From: an uncultured Nitrospirales bacterium | GTDB taxonomy: Bacteria > UBA10199 > JADGCS01 | Direction of reading: 5' to 3' | Assembly (NCBI GenBank): GCA_964609965.1 | Contig: CAZSTS010000003.1 | Span: 67,260 to 131,259 of the forward strand | DNA: 64,000 nucleotides | Shown here: positions 57,947-64,000 of the stretch, one piece after another | Layout of the letters: each line of letters opens with the position of its first letter | Position numbering within the stretch: position 1 is the first letter of the stretch | Notes under the pieces: generated by a model | What the model was told of the DNA's origin: nothing | The model's input: only the letters and a program-made list of their open reading frames with translations | The model's database searches: none | Made by a program: the position numbers and the translations under genes

Positions 57947-58369
57947 ATGGCACGAAAACCTATTGCACAAATTAAATTACTTTGTCCTGCTGGTCAAGCA
58001 AACCCAGCCCCACCTGTTGGCCCCGCATTAGGGCAACATGGGGTTAATATCATGGAGTTTTGCAAAAAGTTTAATTCAGCAACACAAAAAGAGGGTGGAA
58101 TGATCATTCCCTGTGTGATCACTGTTTATACAGATAGGTCATTCAGCTTTATTTTAAAAACTCCGCCAGCGTCTATTTTGCTATTAAAAGCAGCTAAACT
58201 TAAAAAAGGTGCAGGAGATACTGGTAAAGAGAGGGTTGGCAAAGTTACAATGAAGCAGGTTGAAGAAATTGCAAAAATTAAAATGCCTGATTTAAATTGT
58301 TATGCTTTAGAAGCCGCTGTTAACACTGTAAAGGGAACAGCACGAAGCATGGGCATTGATGTTGTTTAG
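57947..58369 (+). CDS. rplK: 50S ribosomal protein L11
   Basis: [34 protein letters not shown]. Confidence 0.95.
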   Translation: MARKPIAQIKLLCPAGQANPAPPVGPALGQHGVNIMEFCKKFNSATQKEGGMIIPCVITVYTDRSFSFILKTPPASILLLKAAKLKKGAGDTGKERVGKVTMKQVEEIAKIKMPDLNCYALEAAVNTVKGTARSMGIDVV

Positions 58370-58378
58370 AGAGGTTTT

Positions 58379-59080
58379 ATGAAAATACCAAAAAAACAAA
58401 AAGAAGTTCGCGGAAAAATACTAGCAGATAAAAAATACAATATTGCTGAGGCAATGCAGTTACTGCAAGAGGGCGCTACAACAAAATTTGATGAAACAAC
58501 GGATGTTTGTGTTCGTTTGGGCATTGATGCTAAAAAATCCGATCAACAAATTAGAAGCGCAGTTGTTTTGCCACATGGGTTAGGAAAAAAGGTTCGCGTT
58601 TTAGCCTTTGTAAAAGGTGAAAAAGAAGCTGAAGCCAAAGAAGCTGGTGCGGATTACATTGGTGGAGCAGATCTTGTAGAAAAAATTCAAGGCGGTTGGT
58701 TAGAGTTTGATGCTGTTGTCGCTACACCTGATATGATGGGTGTTGTGAGTAAAGTAGGAAAGATCTTAGGCCCTAGAGGCTTGATGCCAAATCCAAAGCT
58801 TGGAACTGTTAATTTTGATGTAAAAAAATCTATTAGTGATTGCAAGTCTGGTAAAGTAGAATTTCGATCTGAAAAAGCTGGAAATGTTCATGCTCCATTT
58901 GGAAAAATCAGTTTTGGACCAGAAAAGCTCACAGACAACCTTAAAGTTTTGTTAAACACCATCAAAAAATTAAAGCCACAGACTTCAAAAGGTGTTTATA
59001 TTAATGCTGTTACTCTCTCAACAACGATGGGCCCAGGGGTTCGTCTTGATGTAGGAGAGGTAGCAAAGATTTTAAGTTAA
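58379..59080 (+). CDS. rplA: 50S ribosomal protein L1
   Basis: 233 aa L1 signature (VVLPHGLGKKVRVLAF, GPRGLMPNPKLGTV). Confidence 0.95.
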   Translation: MKIPKKQKEVRGKILADKKYNIAEAMQLLQEGATTKFDETTDVCVRLGIDAKKSDQQIRSAVVLPHGLGKKVRVLAFVKGEKEAEAKEAGADYIGGADLVEKIQGGWLEFDAVVATPDMMGVVSKVGKILGPRGLMPNPKLGTVNFDVKKSISDCKSGKVEFRSEKAGNVHAPFGKISFGPEKLTDNLKVLLNTIKKLKPQTSKGVYINAVTLSTTMGPGVRLDVGEVAKILS

Positions 59081-59276
59081 TGAAAAATTTATTAATTTTT
59101 CATTCTTAATTAGTAAAAAGGGTTTCATTTTCGTCAAAGATTAATGGAATGAAAGAACGAGTCAATTACTGGTTCCTTCATTTAAAATGGTGAAACAATC
59201 CATTATGAGACGTAAGAGGCTGATGTTACAGCTTGACACGGCTCGACGTAAATGAAGGTCTCGAAAGGAGACAACA
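59081..59276 (+). promoter_or_regulatory. rplJ leader (candidate L10(L12)4 autoregulatory mRNA structure)
   Basis: 196-nt untranslated gap at the conserved position. Structure not modelled. Confidence 0.35.
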
Positions 59277-59801
59277 ATGAATCGTGCTGAAAAAGCTGTT
59301 CAAATAGAAGAAATTAAGGCTTGCATTACTCAATCTCAGCTGACGATTCTTAGTGACTATAAAGGTCTTCCCGTTGGCGCGCTTACGGATCTCAGAAGAA
59401 AACTTAGAGAAAAAGATTCTTCCTTTAAGGTGGTAAAAAATAGATTGGCTAAAATAGCCATAAAGGACTCTGATGCAGATGTCCTTACTGACTATTTTGT
59501 TGGCACAACAGCTATTACCATCGCAACAGATGATCCTGCTGGCCCAGCAAAGGTTTTAAGTGAATTTGCTAAAAAGAATAACTGTCTTAAAATTAAGATT
59601 GGTTTTTTTGATGGTAAAGAACTTGATCTAAACGGGATTAAGAATCTGGCAACATTGCCAAGCAAAGAAGAGTTGGTTGCTAAGCTCCTTGGTTCTATGC
59701 AGGCGCCTGCCACTAATTTGGTAAGCGTGCTTAGCCAAGTGCCTAGACAACTAGTTAATGTACTTAATTCTGTTAAAGAACAGAAAGAACAATCAGCTTA
59801 A
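59277..59801 (+). CDS. rplJ: 50S ribosomal protein L10
   Basis: 174 aa, L10 family. Position between rplA and rplL. Confidence 0.9.
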   Translation: MNRAEKAVQIEEIKACITQSQLTILSDYKGLPVGALTDLRRKLREKDSSFKVVKNRLAKIAIKDSDADVLTDYFVGTTAITIATDDPAGPAKVLSEFAKKNNCLKIKIGFFDGKELDLNGIKNLATLPSKEELVAKLLGSMQAPATNLVSVLSQVPRQLVNVLNSVKEQKEQSA

Positions 59802-59870
59802 GTAATTTTTTGAAAGTTGTTTTCCTGTCAGTGCTTATTGACAACAACAACTTTCAAGATATTTTTAGTT

Positions 59871-60233
59871 ATGACAACCGAACAAATCGTAGATGCAGTT
59901 GCAAAAATGACTGTTTTAGAAGTTGCAGATTTGGTCAAAGCTTTTGAAGAAAAGTTTGGTGTTTCTGCAGCAGCTCCAGTAGCTGTTGCCGCTGTTGCTG
60001 CAACCGCAGCAGCTGAAGAACAGACCGAATTTAATGTTGAACTTAAAGAGTTTGGCAGCAACAAAATCAATGTTATTAAAGAAGTACGAACTATTACTGG
60101 ATTAGGCCTCAAAGAAGCCAAAGATCTTGTTGAAGGCGTACCATCAATAGTTAAAGAAAGCGTTGATAAAGAAGAGGCTCAGAAGATCAAAGAACAGCTC
60201 GAAAAAGCTGGTGGCAAAGTCGACATAAAATAA
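59871..60233 (+). CDS. rplL: 50S ribosomal protein L7/L12
   Basis: [31 protein letters not shown], Ala-rich hinge, C-terminal domain. Start at ATG 59871; the track start 59817 is a TTG further upstream. Confidence 0.92.
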   Translation: MTTEQIVDAVAKMTVLEVADLVKAFEEKFGVSAAAPVAVAAVAATAAAEEQTEFNVELKEFGSNKINVIKEVRTITGLGLKEAKDLVEGVPSIVKESVDKEEAQKIKEQLEKAGGKVDIK

Positions 60234-60260
60234 TCCTCTTTTGAGAGTGTTTTACGGTTT

Positions 60261-60317
60261 GGGCAGTTTCTTTTTTGAATCAAAAAAAGAAATTTGCCCT
60301 CACTTGTATTTTTTTGA
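60261..60317 (+). terminator. rplL-rpoB intergenic attenuator/terminator hairpin (GGGCAGTTTCTTTTTT ... AAAAAAAGAAATTTGCCC) plus downstream T-run
   Basis: Inverted repeat seen in sequence. This is a known site of partial termination in other bacteria. Confidence 0.55.
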
Positions 60318-60452
60318 TGGCTAGCAGTTGAGTGAATGAATTGGTGGCTATTATCTTTATTATTAATGTGTTTTGTTTTTTTTGCTTATTAAAACTGACT
60401 TTAAACAGTATTTGTTAAAGGCAGTTTTAAAAGAGAGAACAAAGGAGCATCC

Positions 60453-63400
60453 ATGCCAAAGTCTGTTTCGGACCTTTACCGTTTGCGCAAAGATTTTTCT
60501 CAAATTAAAAAAATTGTAGACATACCAAATCTTATTGAAGTTCAGAAAAAATCTTATGATACGTTCCTTCAATTTAATATGTCAGCTGAAAAGCGTGTAG
60601 ACATCGGTCTACAAGGCGTATTTAATAGCGTTTTCCCCATAAAAGATTTTAACAATACAGCTTCTTTAGAGTTTGTTAGTTACAGTTTTGAAAAACCTCG
60701 ATACGATGTCAATGAGTGTCGCCAGAGAGGGATGACTTTCGAAGCTCCTATGAAGGTAGTGGTTCGATTAGTTGTTTGGGATAACGATACAGCCAACGAA
60801 ACTCAAACGATTCGGGATGTGAAAGAACAAGAAGTTTATTTTGGCACAATCCCCCTCATGACAGAAAACGGGACTTTTATCATCAACGGTGTTGAGCGTG
60901 TTATTGTATCGCAGCTGCATAGATCGCCAGGTGTCTTTTTTGAACACGACAAAGGCAAAACCCATGCTTCTGGAAAGCTCCTCTATTCAGCGCGTGTTAT
61001 TCCTTACCGTGGATCATGGTTAGATTTTGAATTTGATACTAAAGATTTACTTTATGTCCGAATTGATAGACGGCGTAAAATTCCTGTGACAATTCTTTTG
61101 CGTGCTATGGGTATGAGCATCGAAGATATTTTAGAATACTTCTATAAAACAGAAACAATTAGGCTTGATAGTAAAAAAGTCTATAAAAAGATCAAAGAAG
61201 AAACTCTAAAGCTACAAAGAGCAAGTTCCGATGTTAAGGCGCCTGGATCTCGTGAGGTATTAGTAAAAAAAGACAACAAGTTTACAGCTCGAGCTCTCAA
61301 AAGAATGAAAGAGCTCAAGATGAAAGAGCTCGAACTCGAAGAAAGTGAATTGTTAGATTGTGTCGTTGCTCATGATATTGTTGATGAGTCCACAGGTGAA
61401 GTTTTAGCAGAATGTAATGTTGCTATCACCGAAGAAAATCTCGAAGCCATTCGTAAAGCTGGCATTAAGAGCTTTGATATTCTTTTTATCGATAACCTTA
61501 ATGTGGGCGGCTATATTCGCAACACTTTACTCATTGATAAGGTGAGTTCACCAGATGAAGCTGTTATCGAAATCTATAAAAGATTAAGACCAGGTGATCC
61601 TTCTACACTCGAAGCAGCTCAAACACTATTTCAGAATCTATTCTTTTCTGAAGGTCGCTATGATCTGTCTAAAGTTGGTCGATTAAAAATAAACCATAAA
61701 TTTGGTTTTGATGTTCCGCTCGATACAACCATTCTTAGAAATGATGACATTCTCTATATCACACAATACCTGTGTCGTTTGAAAGATGGTTATGGCTCAG
61801 TAGATGATATTGATCATCTTGGTAATAGACGAGTGCGTGCAGTTGGTGAGTTATTGGAAAATCAGTACCGAATTGGTTTGGTGCGAATGGAACGCGCCAT
61901 TAAAGAACGTATGAGTCTCCAAGAAATCGAAACACTCATGCCTAATGATTTGATCAATGCCAAACCTGTTTCTGCTGTTGTGAAAGAGTTTTTTGGTTCT
62001 TCACAGCTTTCTCAGTTTATGGATCAAACAAACCCATTATCTGAGATTACGCATAAGAGACGTTTGTCTGCTTTAGGGCCAGGTGGTTTGACGAGAGACA
62101 GGGCGGGGTTTGAAGTAAGAGACGTTCACCCAACACATTATGGTCGTGTTTGTCCTGTAGAAACTCCCGAAGGACCAAACATTGGTTTGATTGCTTCTTT
62201 GTCTTCTTATGCTCGTGTCAATGACTATGGTTTTATCGAAACACCTTATCGTGTTGTTGCTAATGGCACGCTGAGAGATGAGGTAAAATACTATACAGCG
62301 CTCGACGAAGAAAAACATGTTATTGCTCAAGCAAATGCTCCTTTGTCAGACAAAGGCAAATTTATAAATGAGCTGGTTTCTTGTCGTAAGGACGGTGAGT
62401 TTGCTTTAGTTCCTCGAGAAGAAGCTACTCTCATGGACGTTTCTCCTAACCAGCTTGTGAGTATTGCAGCTTCGATGATCCCTTTCCTTGAGCACGATGA
62501 TGCTAATAGAGCTCTTATGGGATCTAATATGCAACGTCAGGCAGTTCCCTTGCTTAAGAGTTCCTCACCTATTGTTGGTACAGGCATGGAAAAAGTCGTG
62601 GCAAGAGATTCAGGTGTGACTATTGTTGCTGGGCGAGATGGCACAGTCTTATCTGTCGATGCCGCTAGAATTGTTGTCAAAGCGAGCATGGTTAAGAAAA
62701 AGGAAGCTGGTTCCGAAATCGATATTTATAACCTTATTAAGTATCAACGTTCAAATCAGAATACCTGCATTAATCAAACTCCTTTAGTATCAGCTGGGAT
62801 GAAGGTAAAAAAAGGTGATGTCATTGCTGATGGTCCTGCTACTGAGTTAGGTGAGTTAGCACTTGGCAAAAATCTGGTTGTCGCTTTTATGCCTTGGGGT
62901 GGTTATAACTTCGAGGATTCTATTCTATTGTCTGAACGCCTTATGCGCGATGATGTTCTTACATCTATTCACATCGAAGAATTTGAATGTGTGGCTCGCG
63001 ATACAAAATTAGGCAAAGAAGAAGTGACAAGAGATATCCCCAACGTAGGAGAAGAGGCCTTAAAGGATCTCGATGAATCTGGCTTAGTTCGCATTGGAGC
63101 TGAGGTGGTTTCTGGAGATATTTTAGTAGGAAAGGTAACTCCAAAAGGTGAAACACAGTTATCACCCGAAGAAAAACTCTTACGAGCTATTTTTGGTGAA
63201 AAAGCTGGTGATGTAAAAGACACATCACTCAAAGTTGGTCCTGGTGTTGTTGGCACAGTAATATCTACTCAGATATTTTCTCGTGAAGGTGTTGAGCTTG
63301 ATGATCGTGCAAAAGATCAACAGGCAGCAGCAACAAAGAAACTCAAAAAAGACCAAATAGACGAGATCAAAGCCATTCAGTTGAGTTATGAGAAACAATT

Positions 63401-64000
63401 GAGAGAACTTTTTATTGGCCAATCAGCTTCATCAGACGTCATGGACGAGAATGGCAAAGTTGTCTTACACGAAGGTAAAAAAGTTTCTAATGAAATACTC
63501 AACAAACTTTCTATTTCCTATTGGAAAAACATTTCAATAGATGATGAAGATGTTGAAGAACATATTGAAGAGCTTTTTGATGATATGGAAGACCAAATTG
63601 ATATGGTAGCCATGATGTATGATCAAAAAGTGAGCAAGCTCAAAAAAGGTGATGAACTTCCTCCAGGCGTTATCAAGCTGGTTAAAGTTTATGTCGCTAT
63701 TAAGCGTAAAATCATGGTTGGTGATAAAATGGCTGGCCGACATGGAAACAAAGGTGTGGTCAGTATTATTCTTCCAGAAGAAGATATGCCTTATTTAGAG
63801 GATGGAACTCCAGTAGATATTATTCTCAATCCTTTAGGCGTGCCCAGTCGTATGAATATTGGGCAGATACTTGAGACTCATCTCGGATGGGCTGGACTCA
63901 TGTTAGCGCAAAAAATTGAGAAAATGGTCGAACAATCCTTTAATCGATCCGAAGCCTTGAAGATCTTGAAAAAGGTCTACTCAGACAAGGAAGTTTATGA
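60453..64000 (+). CDS. rpoB: DNA-directed RNA polymerase subunit beta, N-terminal ~1180 aa (3' end outside window)
   Basis: [40 protein letters not shown]. Open to the window end. AAGGAG RBS. Confidence 0.95.
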   Translation, partial: MPKSVSDLYRLRKDFSQIKKIVDIPNLIEVQKKSYDTFLQFNMSAEKRVDIGLQGVFNSVFPIKDFNNTASLEFVSYSFEKPRYDVNECRQRGMTFEAPMKVVVRLVVWDNDTANETQTIRDVKEQEVYFGTIPLMTENGTFIINGVERVIVSQLHRSPGVFFEHDKGKTHASGKLLYSARVIPYRGSWLDFEFDTKDLLYVRIDRRRKIPVTILLRAMGMSIEDILEYFYKTETIRLDSKKVYKKIKEETLKLQRASSDVKAPGSREVLVKKDNKFTARALKRMKELKMKELELEESELLDCVVAHDIVDESTGEVLAECNVAITEENLEAIRKAGIKSFDILFIDNLNVGGYIRNTLLIDKVSSPDEAVIEIYKRLRPGDPSTLEAAQTLFQNLFFSEGRYDLSKVGRLKINHKFGFDVPLDTTILRNDDILYITQYLCRLKDGYGSVDDIDHLGNRRVRAVGELLENQYRIGLVRMERAIKERMSLQEIETLMPNDLINAKPVSAVVKEFFGSSQLSQFMDQTNPLSEITHKRRLSALGPGGLTRDRAGFEVRDVHPTHYGRVCPVETPEGPNIGLIASLSSYARVNDYGFIETPYRVVANGTLRDEVKYYTALDEEKHVIAQANAPLSDKGKFINELVSCRKDGEFALVPREEATLMDVSPNQLVSIAASMIPFLEHDDANRALMGSNMQRQAVPLLKSSSPIVGTGMEKVVARDSGVTIVAGRDGTVLSVDAARIVVKASMVKKKEAGSEIDIYNLIKYQRSNQNTCINQTPLVSAGMKVKKGDVIADGPATELGELALGKNLVVAFMPWGGYNFEDSILLSERLMRDDVLTSIHIEEFECVARDTKLGKEEVTRDIPNVGEEALKDLDESGLVRIGAEVVSGDILVGKVTPKGETQLSPEEKLLRAIFGEKAGDVKDTSLKVGPGVVGTVISTQIFSREGVELDDRAKDQQAAATKKLKKDQIDEIKAIQLSYEKQLRELFIGQSASSDVMDENGKVVLHEGKKVSNEILNKLSISYWKNISIDDEDVEEHIEELFDDMEDQIDMVAMMYDQKVSKLKKGDELPPGVIKLVKVYVAIKRKIMVGDKMAGRHGNKGVVSIILPEEDMPYLEDGTPVDIILNPLGVPSRMNIGQILETHLGWAGLMLAQKIEKMVEQSFNRSEALKILKKVYSDKEVY

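Noticed and set aside
60363-60572. Minus-strand 69-aa ORF at the rpoB start
   Set aside because: Antisense to the rpoB 5' end and leader. AT-rich junk translation.
1-64000. CRISPR arrays, IS elements/transposases, integrases, rRNA genes
   Set aside because: Scanned for regular repeat-spacer periodicity, DDE/tyrosine-recombinase-like ORFs and rRNA-like segments. None seen. The only repeats are the short intergenic modules and the micro-tandems reported above.

Overview
AT-rich bacterial chromosomal segment, roughly 40% GC by eye. Gene order resembles Gammaproteobacteria (thrU-tyrU-glyT-thrT-tufB, secE-nusG-rplKAJL-rpoB, RfaH/ops). Layout: (1) 1-5.2 kb housekeeping genes: proS 3' end, a LOG/PpnN-like protein, dxs. 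(2) 3.9-49.7 kb, a ~46 kb surface-polysaccharide super-locus that looks like two glycan clusters joined together. Cluster A (3.9-25 kb) encodes a complete WbpA/B/E/D/I-type UDP-2,3-diacetamido-2,3-dideoxy-mannuronic acid pathway. It also carries an LmbE deacetylase plus LpxD-like N-acyltransferase pair, an AsnB-like amidotransferase, two formyltransferases with two deacetylase-like proteins, a B12-radical-SAM enzyme, methyltransferases, a Wzx flippase and a polytopic membrane protein. Cluster B (28.7-49.7 kb) carries GT4 and GT2 glycosyltransferases, a second Wzx, a Wzy/O-antigen-ligase-like protein, a FemAB-like protein, a GLCE-like uronyl C5-epimerase, methyltransferases and an initiating sugar-phosphate transferase. 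It ends with a PglE-like aminotransferase, a TPP-dependent E1 alpha/beta pair, Wzz, a PglF/WbpM-like dehydratase and Wza. An island of two dNMP-kinase-like P-loop proteins and a PQQ beta-propeller sits between the clusters. The locus is headed by an RfaH-like NusG paralog followed by a perfect 12-nt ops element (GGCGGTAGCGTG). JUMPstart-like GC-rich repeat modules recur in five consecutive intergenic gaps. (3) 49.7-54.4 kb: a Cys/Thr/Asp-rich lipoprotein, an alcohol dehydrogenase, a GAF-GGDEF diguanylate cyclase and a PhaF-like phasin with a histone-H1-like tail, with shared palindromes and heptad repeats in the spacers. (4) 54.4-64 kb: tRNA-Thr/Tyr/Gly/Thr, tuf, rpmG, tRNA-Trp, secE, nusG, rplK, rplA, rplJ, rplL and the 5' part of rpoB. 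No CRISPR array, IS element or rRNA was seen. Several homopolymer tracts (G8, G7, T8, T10) and one heptanucleotide tandem repeat lie inside glycan genes and could drive phase variation.
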